A DNA stretch of 64,000 nt from Escherichia coli (GTDB lineage Bacteria > Pseudomonadota > Gammaproteobacteria > Enterobacterales > Enterobacteriaceae), in assembly GCF_046105845.1 (NCBI RefSeq), contig NZ_CP151004.1; one strand, 5' to 3'. The stretch's first letter is position 1, and each line of letters opens with the position of its first letter. Under the pieces are notes generated by a model that did not search any database, was not told the DNA's origin, and was given only the letters and a program-made list of their open reading frames with translations. Positions 18,669 to 29,925 of this stretch are shown here, one piece after another. The position numbers and the translations under genes were made by a program.

Positions 18669-19973
18669 TTAACGATCCCAGTAAGACTCTTCCAGGCTGT
18701 CTTCACGCTCCGGCAAGCCGCGCGTTAAACGAGGTGAATGCTGGTTCAGTACCTGATAGCTCACACGGTTAGCATATTTACACACCTGCGCTAACGATGA
18801 ATAAGTTAACCAGGTGAATTTATGTTTGCTGGAGTTTGGTACGTTGCTACGGTGGTAGCTGTTGGCGGTAATATCATGCAGCAACGCTGCCAATGCGCCA
18901 TCCCCTGCTCCGTTAGTGTTCATGATTTTTTCCGGCCCGCCCATGTACGGCGCAATGTGCGAATAGACACGCAGCGGATTCTGGCAATCCTTGTGGCGCA
19001 TGGCGCGGCTAAACTCATACTGGTTAAATTCCGCTATAGCGCCCGGCAGCAGTGGATGCTGGGTTTTACGTTTCGCTTCGTCTTCAGTAAAGCCCGCCAT
19101 ATACAAGCCGATTGGCCCGGCGGTGCACAGCACCAGATCAACCCAGTCCAGCGCCTTGTCAGATGCCAACAACGGATCGCTTTCTCCGGTCAACGCTTCG
19201 GCCTCATCTTCGTTCATCGCAAGGATAGAGACGTGATCTTTGAGGAATTGCTGCCACCACTGCGGATTCTCGGCAATGACAAACTTGGTGCCCAGCGTCA
19301 GCACCACCGGTACGTTATATTTCTTCGCGTACTCAATGGCTTTCATGGTTGCTTCCGGCATGGGTTCACCCGGCTTGCAACGCACCAGATAAGAAGTGAG
19401 AACCAGTGCCGAGGCTCCGGCAATCACATCTTCCGGAATACTTTCAGCCCGCAGCTGGTTCATGTGGCCAGGGCTGATAGCAAAGGTACGTTCCCCGGAC
19501 TCGCCAATCAGCGTAAAGCAACGACCAATCGGGCCATCCACGCCTTGTAGATAGTTAAGATCGGTACGGCTGGAGGTGTTACACAGGTAACGATAGGCAT
19601 AGCTGCCAATTTCAATATTGCTGCACATGACGCCCAGCAGCACCGAACGGTCGTCCGCGAGCACCGAGTAGTTGTGCATAGTGTTACCAATGGTGCCACC
19701 CGCAAATTGATGGGTAATCAGGTTTTTCTGTTTTAGTTCCTGATAAAGCGCTTCGGCTACGTCATCCTCAATCACCAGTGAATGCCCGGCGCTTAATCCA
19801 TAACGCTCAATGAATTCGTCATCCACTTTCGCTTCAATATCGACCAGCGTTTGATCGATACCCACTACCCAGGCGGCGCTGGTTTCGTTTTCTGGCTGGA
19901 ATTGCTGAAGCAGCGGATCGCGTGCATTTACAGGGAAGTAATGTTTGGATTTACGTTTGCCGGGAAATTTCAT
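18669..19973 (-). CDS. gsk: Inosine-guanosine kinase
   Basis: 434-aa ORF matching recalled Gsk. Confidence 0.95.
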   Translation of the reverse strand: MKFPGKRKSKHYFPVNARDPLLQQFQPENETSAAWVVGIDQTLVDIEAKVDDEFIERYGLSAGHSLVIEDDVAEALYQELKQKNLITHQFAGGTIGNTMHNYSVLADDRSVLLGVMCSNIEIGSYAYRYLCNTSSRTDLNYLQGVDGPIGRCFTLIGESGERTFAISPGHMNQLRAESIPEDVIAGASALVLTSYLVRCKPGEPMPEATMKAIEYAKKYNVPVVLTLGTKFVIAENPQWWQQFLKDHVSILAMNEDEAEALTGESDPLLASDKALDWVDLVLCTAGPIGLYMAGFTEDEAKRKTQHPLLPGAIAEFNQYEFSRAMRHKDCQNPLRVYSHIAPYMGGPEKIMNTNGAGDGALAALLHDITANSYHRSNVPNSSKHKFTWLTYSSLAQVCKYANRVSYQVLNQHSPRLTRGLPEREDSLEESYWDR

Positions 19974-20124
19974 GGTTGTTTTTACGGGTGGTTAACTGAG
20001 CGGCGAATGTTAACACAATCTGACGGGAGCGCGCGAGACACAGCCAGTTTCAATATCAGCAGGCGGGATCGCATTTTCATGGCAGTGGTTCCTTACAATG
20101 ACGTAATTTGAAAGGAGTTTTTGC

Positions 20125-21084
20125 ATGAAGCCGGAAAACAAATTACCCGTTCTGGACCTTATTTCTGCTGAAATGAAGACCGTTGTGAATACTCTTCAGC
20201 CGGATTTACCGCCCTGGCCCGCAACGGGAACGATTGCTGAGCAACGACAGTATTACACACTTGAGCGCCGATTCTGGAATGCGGGCGCTCCAGAAATGGC
20301 AACCAGAGCTTACATGGTTCCAACAAAATATGGGCAGGTGGAAACACGTCTCTTTTGTCCGCAGCCAGATAGTCCGGCGACGCTATTTTATTTGCATGGC
20401 GGCGGTTTTATTCTCGGCAATCTCGATACCCACGATCGCATCATGCGCCTGCTGGCAAGCTACAGCCAATGTACGGTGATTGGCATTGATTACACCCTTT
20501 CACCTGAAGCGCGTTTTCCGCAAGCAATAGAGGAAATTGTGGCTGCCTGTTGTTATTTCCACCACCAGGCGGAAGATTATCAAATCAATATGTCCCGCAT
20601 TGGCTTTGCCGGTGATTCCGCAGGTGCCATGCTGGCGCTCGCCAGTGCGTTGTGGTTGCGTGATAAACAGATCGATTGCGGTAAAGTTGCGGGCGTTTTG
20701 CTGTGGTATGGGCTTTACGGATTACGGGATTCCGTGACTCGTCGTCTGTTGGGCGGTGTCTGGGATGGCTTAACGCAACAGGATTTACAGATGTATGAAG
20801 AGGCGTATTTAAGCAACGACGCGGACCGCGAGTCGCCGTATTACTGCCTGTTTAATAATGATCTCACTCGCGAAGTTCCGCCCTGTTTTATTGCCGGGGC
20901 GGAGTTCGATCCGCTGCTGGATGACAGCCGTCTGCTTTACCAGACGTTAGCGGCGCATCAGCAGCCCTGTGAGTTCAAACTCTACCCAGGCACGCTGCAC
21001 GCCTTTTTGCATTATTCACGGATGATGAAAACCGCCGACGAGGCTCTTCGCGACGGCGCTCAGTTCTTTACCGCTCAGCTTTAA
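20125..21084 (+). CDS. aes: Acetyl esterase
   Basis: 319-aa ORF with HGGG and GDSAG motifs. Confidence 0.93.
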   Translation: MKPENKLPVLDLISAEMKTVVNTLQPDLPPWPATGTIAEQRQYYTLERRFWNAGAPEMATRAYMVPTKYGQVETRLFCPQPDSPATLFYLHGGGFILGNLDTHDRIMRLLASYSQCTVIGIDYTLSPEARFPQAIEEIVAACCYFHHQAEDYQINMSRIGFAGDSAGAMLALASALWLRDKQIDCGKVAGVLLWYGLYGLRDSVTRRLLGGVWDGLTQQDLQMYEEAYLSNDADRESPYYCLFNNDLTREVPPCFIAGAEFDPLLDDSRLLYQTLAAHQQPCEFKLYPGTLHAFLHYSRMMKTADEALRDGAQFFTAQL

Positions 21085-22043
21085 CGATACGCGGCAACAA
21101 GATTAGCCATCATCTCGATATGTTCCGGCATGGCATTAAGCGCCGGAATATATTCATATTTTTTCCCGCCCGCACCGAGGAAGACCTCACGGTTTTGCTC
21201 GGCAATCTCTTCCAGCGTCTCCAGACAATCCGCAGCAAAGCCCGGGCACATCACCTGAATATGACCTACGCCTTTTTCTCCGAGCATTTTCAGCGTTTCG
21301 TCGGTATAAGGCATCAGCCAGGGTTCCCGACCAAAGCGCGACTGAAAGGTCATCATCACTTTTTCCGGTGCCATCCCCAGTGCGGAAGCCAGTTCACGAG
21401 TCGTTGTGCGGCAACGTTGCGGATAATCATCGCCTTCATCTGCATAACGCTGGGGAATGCCATGATAAGAGAGCAGCAGCAGATCCGGCTCGCCATGTTT
21501 AGCGAAAGAAGCACGTACGCTGTTCGCCAGTGCATTAATGTAATCGTGGTTATCGGCGTAATCACGAATAAACGATATCCCCGGAATGCTACGTTTGCGC
21601 GCCAGAATGCGTGCCAGTTCATCCCATACCGCACCGACCGTTGAACAGGAGTATTGCGGATAAAGCGGCAGCACCACAATATGATCTACATGCTCTGCCA
21701 GGAGTTCATCTACGGCGCTTTCCAGTGATGGCGAGCCGTAGCTCATTCCCAGCGCTACGGGCGTCTCCGGTAAACGTTGTGCCAGCGCCTGCTGTTGCTG
21801 GCGGCTGTAAACCATCAGCGGCGAGCCACCTTCCATCCAGACAGAAGCATACAGCTTCGCCACACGCGGCGAGCGCAGTGGCAAAATCACGCCGCGCAGC
21901 AACGGCCACCATAACAACCGTGAGGTATCAACCACGCGTCTGTCGCTTAAAAATTGTTTCAGATAGCGTTTTACCGCTTCAGGTGTGGGGGCATCGGGCG
22001 TACCCAGGTTTGCCAGCAGGATACCGGTTTTAGTCTGACGCAT
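21081..22043 (-). CDS. hemH: Ferrochelatase
   Basis: 320-aa ORF matching recalled HemH. Confidence 0.95.
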   Translation of the reverse strand: MRQTKTGILLANLGTPDAPTPEAVKRYLKQFLSDRRVVDTSRLLWWPLLRGVILPLRSPRVAKLYASVWMEGGSPLMVYSRQQQQALAQRLPETPVALGMSYGSPSLESAVDELLAEHVDHIVVLPLYPQYSCSTVGAVWDELARILARKRSIPGISFIRDYADNHDYINALANSVRASFAKHGEPDLLLLSYHGIPQRYADEGDDYPQRCRTTTRELASALGMAPEKVMMTFQSRFGREPWLMPYTDETLKMLGEKGVGHIQVMCPGFAADCLETLEEIAEQNREVFLGAGGKKYEYIPALNAMPEHIEMMANLVAAYR

Positions 22044-22174
22044 TACCGCCTCTTATCGATTCAACTTGTTGATAATTGTAGCGGAAAAGTGAAGAAGAAG
22101 AACTAATTGCTGTGAGAGGTATTGTCTGAGGAGGATGAGCAGACCTGCCCGAAAGCAGATCTGCTGCGGCTTGA

Positions 22175-22891
<717 letters not shown>

Positions 22892-22961
22892 TCAAGAAAG
22901 GCACCTGGGGCTGAAACGGTTAATGGCGAGATAATTTGCGGAAAGTACAGATGATGAAAAG

Positions 22962-22995
22962 AAAAATGCCGGATGACACGAAGGTCATCCGGCAT
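22962..22995 (-). terminator. Intrinsic terminator after htpG
   Basis: On the minus strand, hairpin GCCGGATGAC...GTCATCCGGC followed by a U-tract. Confidence 0.6.
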
Positions 22996-22999
22996 GACA

Positions 23000-24874
23000 T
23001 CAGGAAACCAGCAGCTGGTTCATACGACGAATAAACAGGTTCGGATCTTCCAGCGTGCCGCGTTCTGCCAGCAGCGCCTGATCCAGTAGCAGTTCTACCC
23101 ACTCGCTGAACTTCGCTTCATCTTCAGTATCTGCCGCACGTTTCACCAGTACGTGATCCGGGTTCAGTTCGAAGATGTATTTCACTTCTGGCACTTTCTG
23201 GCCCGCCGCAGCGAACAGTTTCGCCATCTGAGTGCTCATTTCGTCCGCGTCGGTCGAAACGATCGCTGGCGTATCGGTCAGACGGTGAGTCAGACGGACA
23301 TCTTTCACGCGCTCGCCGAGCAGGGCTTTCACACGGTCGATGAACGGAGTCAGTGCTTTCTCCGCTTCTTTCGCGCTCTCATCAACTTCGTCAGCCAGTT
23401 TTTCCAGCGACTCGTCAACTTTAGACACCGACTGGAACGGTTTACCGTCGAACTCAGTCAGATAGTTCATCATCCACTCATCGATGCGGTCGGAAAGTAG
23501 CAGAACTTCGATGCCTTTCTTACGCAGCAGTTCCAGGTGCGGGCTGCTCTTCGCTGCCGCATAGCTGTCTGCAGTGATGTAGTAGATTTTCTCCTGCCCT
23601 TCTTTCATGCGGGAAACGTAGTCTTCCAGAGACACGGTCTGCGCAGAAGAATCGGTATGGGTAGAAGCAAAACGCAGCAGTTTGGCGATCGCTTCCTGGT
23701 TAGCGAAATCTTCCGCCGGACCTTCTTTCAGTACCAGGCCAAACTGTTGCCAGAAGGTCTGGTATTTTTCCGCGTCGTCTTTCGCCAGTTTTTCCAGCAT
23801 TTGCAGCACACGCTTGGTCAGCGCATTGCGCAGGTTACGCGTTACCGTGCTGTCCTGGAGGATTTCACGGGAAACGTTCAGCGGCAGATCGCTGGAGTCA
23901 ATCAGACCACGCACGAAGCGCAGATAGTTCGGCATGAACTGTTCTGCGTCGTCCATGATGAACACACGCTGGACGTACAGTTTCAGGCCATGTTTATGAT
24001 CGCGGTTCCACATATCCCACGGTGCCTGAGACGGAATGTACAGCAGGCTGGTGTACTCCTGCTTACCTTCAACGCGGTTGTGGCTCCAGGTCAGCGGATC
24101 GTTAAAGTCGTGGGCGATGTGTTTGTAGAACTCTTTGTACTCTTCATCGGTGATTTCCGACTTGTTACGAGTCCACAGCGCCTGCGCTTTGTTGATTTTC
24201 TCCCAGGAGATAACGGTTTCGCCGTCTTTCTCTTCGCGTTTTTCGATCTCTACCGGCAGCGCGATATGGTCGGAATATTTGCTGATGATGGAACGCACAC
24301 GCCAGTCATCGAGGAACTCGTCTTCGCCTTCACGCAGATGCAGGGTGATTTCAGTACCACGATCTTCTTTAGTGATGTCGGCAACGGTGTATTCACCTTC
24401 GCCAGCCGATTCCCAGAAGACGCCGTTTTCTGGTTTTTCGCCTGCCGCGCGAGTACGCACGGTCACTTTGTCAGCCACGATAAACGCAGAGTAGAAACCA
24501 ACACCAAACTGACCGATCAGCTGGCTGTCTTTCGCCTGGTCAGAACCCAGGGATTCGAGGAATGATTTGGTGCCGGATTTAGCGATAGTCCCCAGATGGT
24601 CAATCACTTCGTCGCGGGTCATCCCCACGCCGTTATCGGAGATGGTCAGCGTGCGCTTGTCTTTATCGAAAGAGACACGAACGCGCAGTTCGCCATCACC
24701 TTCGTACAGATCCGGGTTAGAGAGCGCACGGAAACGCAGCTTGTCCGCCGCATCGGAGGCGTTAGAGATAAGCTCACGCAGGAAGATTTCTTTATTGGAA
24801 TAGAGAGAATGGATCATCAGGTGCAGAAGCTGTTTCACTTCTGACTGAAAACCACGAGTTTCTTGTCCTTTCAT
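23000..24874 (-). CDS. htpG: Hsp90-family chaperone
   Basis: 624-aa ORF matching recalled HtpG. Confidence 0.97.
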   Translation of the reverse strand: MKGQETRGFQSEVKQLLHLMIHSLYSNKEIFLRELISNASDAADKLRFRALSNPDLYEGDGELRVRVSFDKDKRTLTISDNGVGMTRDEVIDHLGTIAKSGTKSFLESLGSDQAKDSQLIGQFGVGFYSAFIVADKVTVRTRAAGEKPENGVFWESAGEGEYTVADITKEDRGTEITLHLREGEDEFLDDWRVRSIISKYSDHIALPVEIEKREEKDGETVISWEKINKAQALWTRNKSEITDEEYKEFYKHIAHDFNDPLTWSHNRVEGKQEYTSLLYIPSQAPWDMWNRDHKHGLKLYVQRVFIMDDAEQFMPNYLRFVRGLIDSSDLPLNVSREILQDSTVTRNLRNALTKRVLQMLEKLAKDDAEKYQTFWQQFGLVLKEGPAEDFANQEAIAKLLRFASTHTDSSAQTVSLEDYVSRMKEGQEKIYYITADSYAAAKSSPHLELLRKKGIEVLLLSDRIDEWMMNYLTEFDGKPFQSVSKVDESLEKLADEVDESAKEAEKALTPFIDRVKALLGERVKDVRLTHRLTDTPAIVSTDADEMSTQMAKLFAAAGQKVPEVKYIFELNPDHVLVKRAADTEDEAKFSEWVELLLDQALLAERGTLEDPNLFIRRMNQLLVS

Positions 24875-24925
24875 GTAGGTCTACCTCAATAATGCCATTT
24901 TAAGGTTAAAAACAGGATGTGGGAG

Positions 24926-24954
24926 AGATGGGGACAAGGGAGAATAATTTCAAG
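24926..24954 (-). promoter_or_regulatory. sigma32 heat-shock promoter of htpG
   Basis: Minus strand reads CTTGAAA (-35) ... CCCCATCT (-10), matching the sigma32 consensus. Confidence 0.7.
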
Positions 24955-24983
24955 CGAGAGCAGGTGATCCTGCTCTCGTTTGC

Positions 24984-25588
24984 TTAAAAACGAATCTTAT
25001 GACGCCCGGCAAGGGAGTGTGACAGCGTGGTGCCATCGACCATTTCCAGCTCGCCGCCAACCGGTACGCCATGAGCGATTCGGCTGGCTTCCACGTCATA
25101 TTGCGCGCAAAGCTCGGCAATGTAGTTAGCGGTAGCTTCACCTTCAACCGTGGGGTTGGTGGCGAGGATCACTTCAGTGATTTTTTCCTCTGCCAGACGC
25201 TGTTCCAGACGATCAAGCCCGATATCATCCGGACCGATGCCGTCCAGCGGTGACAGGTGTCCCATCAACACAAAATAACGGCCTGAAAACTGCCCCGTCT
25301 GCTCAATGGCGTAGATGTCCGCCGGACTCTCCACCACGCAGATTTGACCGTTTTCCTGACGACGCGGATTCGAACAGATGTTACAGACTTCCTGTTCGGT
25401 GAAGGTGCGGCAATCGGCGCAGTGGCCGATTTCCGACATCGCCCGGGTGAGCGCCTGCGCCAGACGCATCCCGCCGCTACGATCGCGCTGAAGCAGCGTG
25501 AACGCCATACGCTGCGCCGACTTCGGGCCAACGCCCGGCAGACAGCGCAGTGCTTCCATAAGCTGTGTTAACAGCGGGCTGGTTTGCA

Positions 25589-25589
<1 letters not shown>
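24984..25589 (-). CDS. recR: Recombination protein RecR
   Basis: 201-aa ORF with C4 zinc finger and Toprim region; start overlaps the ybaB stop (TGATG). Confidence 0.95.
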
Positions 25590-25933
<344 letters not shown>

Positions 25934-25970
25934 TCACGTTAAGGATGACGAACGTAAGCTGTGCTTACGA

Positions 25971-27902
25971 TCAAATGGGGCGGATACTTTCTTCATCCAG
26001 CTCCGCATCGAAGAACCGACGCAGGGTCTGAATATTATTATCCGCAATAATGGACTCGCGCGCCTGCGCAAGTTTTTCTTCGTATATCGCCTGACGCCAT
26101 TCCAGCGGCGTACGCACCGCGGGATTATCATCTTCAACGATAGTCAGTTCAACCGTTGAACCTTTTAACGTGCTCAACGCTTCAGCCAGTTTTTGCTGTG
26201 CACCGCGGTTGTTCAAATGCCGCTGAGAGGAGCGCAAATGCAGACATACTGCGTTGTCGCTCTCCTCTTTCCAGGCATTTAGCGCCACCTGTTCGACCAG
26301 TTTTGGTAGCGAAAGTTGGCTCACCTGTGCCGCCCACGGGTCGCGCTCAATGGCTTCTGCCGCCAGCTTCGCCGCCAGTTCCGGCGTTTTTTCATGTTCC
26401 AGCGCTTTTTTTAGCGCCTTCGGCGTGGCGACCACTTCTTTTTGCTGCATCACTGGAGTGGTGGCCTTCCAGCGATACGCTTCTTTTTTGGCTGGCGCTT
26501 TTTCCAGCGCCGATGGCACCGGGCGCGCCTGAACGCGATCGGTGACCGAAGCCAGTCTTTCCAGCGCAGCGTTATTCACCGGCCGCGCGCGGGTAGCGGC
26601 TGCCGGTTCACTCTTTTTTGCTTTGGTTGCTCCCTGCACGCGCTGCAACTGCTGGCGCGCCGCCAGCACCTGGCTGGTGGTTTCCGGGAGCGGTACAGTC
26701 GGTGCCTGCTGCGGCGCTGATTGCGGTTGCGGCGGCACCTGTGTTGGCGTCATTACTGCCGTTGGCGCGACGGGCGCAAAGGACTGGCGTGGCACTTCTG
26801 GCTCAGGCAGCGGCATACGCGGATGGAACGCCAGCGCGCGAAGCAGCGTCATCTCAACGCCCATACGGCGGTCTGGCGCATACGGTAATTCTTTGCGACC
26901 AATCAACAGCGTCTGATAGTAAAGCTGAATATCCGTCGGCGGTATGGTGCGCGCCAGTTCACGCATCCGCAGCTCGATGGCAGCCATGTCGTTGCCAAGT
27001 GCAGCAGGCGAAAGTTGTACCATCGCAATACGATGCAACAGACCGAGCATTTCCACCAGCAACGCTTCCCACTCGATACCACGGGCAGCGGCTTCATTAA
27101 TCAGCGCCATTACGCGCTCGCCGTTGGCCTCGACCATCGCTTCAACCAGCGACAGCGCCTGATCGTCGTCAAGCGTACCCAGCATCGCACTGACCGCCTG
27201 AGTTGAAACCTGGCCGTCACCGCTGGCAATCGCCTGGTCGGTCAGACTTAAGGCATCTCGCAGGCTGCCTTCAGCGGCGCGTGCCAGCAATTGCAGCGCC
27301 CGCGGCTCGTGAGCGATATGTTCTTCGTTGAGGATGTGCTCAAGCTGATGGCGAATTTGCTCGACATCCAGCGCCTTGAGATGAAATTGCAGACAACGTG
27401 ACAAAATCGTCACCGGCAATTTCTGCGGATCGGTCGTCGCCAGCAGAAACTTAACGTGCTCCGGCGGCTCTTCAAGGGTTTTTAACAGTGCGTTAAAGCT
27501 GTGGCGCGACAGCATATGCACTTCGTCGATCAAATAAACTTTGAAACGACCACGCGCCGGAGCGTACTGGACGTTATCCAGCAGGTCGCGGGTATCTTCA
27601 ACTTTGGTGCGCGAGGCGGCGTCGATTTCAATCAGATCGACAAAGCGCCCCTGCTCGATTTCACGACAGTTATCGCACACGCCGCACGGCGTCGCGGTAA
27701 TGCCGGTTTCGCAGTTTAGCCCCTTCGCCAGCAGTCGGGCGATAGAGGTTTTTCCGACGCCACGGGTACCGGAAAAAAGATAAGCATGATGAATACGCCC
27801 TAACGACAAGCCGTTCGCCAGTGCGGTCAGCACATGTTCCTGGCCGACGACGTCAGCAAAGGTTTGTGGGCGCCATTTTCGGGCTAAGACCTGATAACTC
27901 AT
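25971..27902 (-). CDS. dnaX: DNA polymerase III subunits tau and gamma
   Basis: 643-aa ORF with AAA+ motifs (GTRGVGKT) and internal frameshift site. Confidence 0.97.
   Translation of the reverse strand: MSYQVLARKWRPQTFADVVGQEHVLTALANGLSLGRIHHAYLFSGTRGVGKTSIARLLAKGLNCETGITATPCGVCDNCREIEQGRFVDLIEIDAASRTKVEDTRDLLDNVQYAPARGRFKVYLIDEVHMLSRHSFNALLKTLEEPPEHVKFLLATTDPQKLPVTILSRCLQFHLKALDVEQIRHQLEHILNEEHIAHEPRALQLLARAAEGSLRDALSLTDQAIASGDGQVSTQAVSAMLGTLDDDQALSLVEAMVEANGERVMALINEAAARGIEWEALLVEMLGLLHRIAMVQLSPAALGNDMAAIELRMRELARTIPPTDIQLYYQTLLIGRKELPYAPDRRMGVEMTLLRALAFHPRMPLPEPEVPRQSFAPVAPTAVMTPTQVPPQPQSAPQQAPTVPLPETTSQVLAARQQLQRVQGATKAKKSEPAAATRARPVNNAALERLASVTDRVQARPVPSALEKAPAKKEAYRWKATTPVMQQKEVVATPKALKKALEHEKTPELAAKLAAEAIERDPWAAQVSQLSLPKLVEQVALNAWKEESDNAVCLHLRSSQRHLNNRGAQQKLAEALSTLKGSTVELTIVEDDNPAVRTPLEWRQAIYEEKLAQARESIIADNNIQTLRRFFDAELDEESIRPI
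26613..26619 (-). other. dnaX: dnaX programmed -1 frameshift site (A AAA AAG) producing gamma
   Basis: Minus strand reads GCAGGGAGCAACCAAAGCAAAAAAGAGTGAACCGGCAGCC...: SD-like AGGGAG upstream, heptamer, then a stem-loop; the -1 frame stops at GAG TGA. Confidence 0.85.
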
Positions 27903-28030
27903 TGGCAGGCTCTGAAACGCTGGAAGGTGGATTCACGAAGGGGTAATGCTAACACAGCCCCGTCAGAACGGCGAGGCTGAATGCACATCTTGTGCTGTCC
28001 GTAGCGTGGGCAGCACAAGACTGGCGATAA

Positions 28031-28582
28031 TTAATGGCCCGGGAACGGGACAAGGCTGTAGCTGGTAATGCCCTGTTTTTCGAGACGCTGTTCGCCGCCG
28101 AGATCGAACAGGTTGATAATGAACGCAGCGTCAGCCACTTCACCACCCAGACGACGGATCAGTTTAACGGTCGCTTCGATAGTGCCGCCGGTTGCCAGCA
28201 GATCGTCCACCACCAGTACTTTGTCGCCCGGTTTGATGGCATCAACGTGGATTTCCAGCTGATCGGTGCCGTATTCCAGATCGTAAGTTTCACTGATGGT
28301 TTCACGCGGCAGTTTGCCCGGTTTACGGACCGGTACAAAGCCAACGCCCAGACCCAGAGCTACCGGAGCGCCAAACAAGAAGCCACGCGCTTCGGTGCCG
28401 ACAACTTTGGTAATGCCCGCATTTTTGTAACGCTCAACCAGCAAGTCGATGCTGAGAGCGTAAGCTTTCGGGTCTTCCAGTAAGCTGGTGACATCACGGA
28501 AAAGAATGCCGGGTTTTGGGTAGTCCTGAATGCTTTTGATGCTATTTTTGAGATACTCAAGCTGCTGTGCAGTCGCGGTCAT
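28031..28582 (-). CDS. apt: Adenine phosphoribosyltransferase
   Basis: ORF trimmed to [25 protein letters not shown]... (183 aa). Confidence 0.95.
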
Positions 28583-28734
28583 AAGTGTATGCCTGCTTGT
28601 TACGGTGGTACTCACGGCGCGTTTTAAACGTATCAAAAGTAACAGTTGTTTAACCTTTGACCGCCTGCGCCTGTGCTCGAAAACGCCAGAATGTACTGGC
28701 TGTACGCAATAATTGCAACTGCGATTGTTGTGCT

Positions 28735-29112
28735 TCAGTGCTTTTCTTGCTTTTCATCAATCACCGGAATTCGCCACATATAAAAAAGCAAACAGGCGAG
28801 AATTACCAGCAACATGATGCGCACCCATGGCATCTGGACGAACCACAGAGAAATTGCAAACGTGAGCAAAATAAGCAAAATCGCCCGCGGTTTGACGCCG
28901 CGCGGCATCGCATGATGTTTCTGCCAGAAACGTAGATAGCTGCCAAACCATGAGCGGTACAGCAACCAGGCGTGAAAGCGCGGGGAAGAACGGGCAAAGC
29001 ACCAGGCCGCCAGCAGGATAAACGGCGTCGTCGGTAATACCGGTAATACCACGCCCAGCGTACCCAGCACTACCGCCAGCCAGCCAATGATGATTAAAAT
29101 GATTCGTTGCAT
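28735..29112 (-). CDS. ybaN: Inner membrane protein YbaN (DUF454)
   Basis: 125-aa hydrophobic ORF in the conserved position. Confidence 0.9.
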
Positions 29113-29181
29113 ATTGAGTGTTGTCAGCTTACAGAGTGGCTACTTTAGCATAACAATTATCATTTTCATTGAGGTCTTATC

Positions 29182-29709
29182 GTGAAAACCGCCCTGCTGC
29201 TGGAAAAACTGGAAGGACAGCTCGCTACGCTGCGTCAGCGTTGTGCCCCGGTAGCGCAATTTGCCACGCTAAGCGCCCGTTTTGACAGGCACCTTTTTCA
29301 GACTCGTGCGACAACACTGCAGGCTTGTCTCGATGAGGCGGGCGATAATCTGGCTGCGCTTCGTCATGCCGTTGAGCAACAGCAACTGCCGCAAGTCGCC
29401 TGGCTGGCAGAACATCTGGCGGCGCAACTGGAGGCTATAGCGCGTGAAGCCACAGCCTGGTCGCTACGCGAGTGGGACAGTGCGCCACCGAAAATTGCCC
29501 GCTGGCAGCGTAAACGTATTCAGCATCAGGATTTTGAGCGGCGGCTACGTGAGATGGTAGCCGAACGTCGAGCCCGCCTGGCGCGGGTGACCGATCTCGT
29601 GGAACAGCAAACGCTGCATCGTGAAGTGGAAGCCTATGAAGCGCGCCTGGCACGCTGCCGCCATGCGCTGGAAAAAATCGAAAACAGGTTAGCGCGTTTA
29701 ACCCGCTAG
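29182..29709 (+). CDS. priC: Primosomal replication protein N''
   Basis: 175-aa ORF matching recalled PriC. Confidence 0.92.
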   Translation: MKTALLLEKLEGQLATLRQRCAPVAQFATLSARFDRHLFQTRATTLQACLDEAGDNLAALRHAVEQQQLPQVAWLAEHLAAQLEAIAREATAWSLREWDSAPPKIARWQRKRIQHQDFERRLREMVAERRARLARVTDLVEQQTLHREVEAYEARLARCRHALEKIENRLARLTR

Positions 29710-29722
29710 CAATGGAGAAAGT

Positions 29723-29887
29723 ATGTCACTGGAAAATGCCCCTGACGATGTCAAACTGGCTGTCGATTTGATTGTGCTGCTGGAAGAAAATCAGATCCCA
29801 GCCCGCACCGTGCTGCGCGCGCTGGATATTGTGAAGCGTGATTATGAAAAGAAGTTACAGAGCGATGAGGCTTCGCAAAGCGAGTAA
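29723..29887 (+). CDS. ybaM: Small protein YbaM (DUF2496)
   Basis: 54-codon [57 protein letters not shown] read by hand; below the ORF-track cutoff; GGAGA 7 nt upstream. Confidence 0.8.
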   Translation: MSLENAPDDVKLAVDLIVLLEENQIPARTVLRALDIVKRDYEKKLQSDEASQSE

Positions 29888-29925
29888 AAAATAAAGGGCG
29901 GCATCACTGTCGCCCTTTATTGTCC

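Noticed and set aside
23537-24565. 342-aa plus-strand ORF
   Set aside because: Entirely antisense to htpG, which is confidently identified; no RBS and the translation is arginine/phenylalanine-rich low-complexity typical of an antisense frame.
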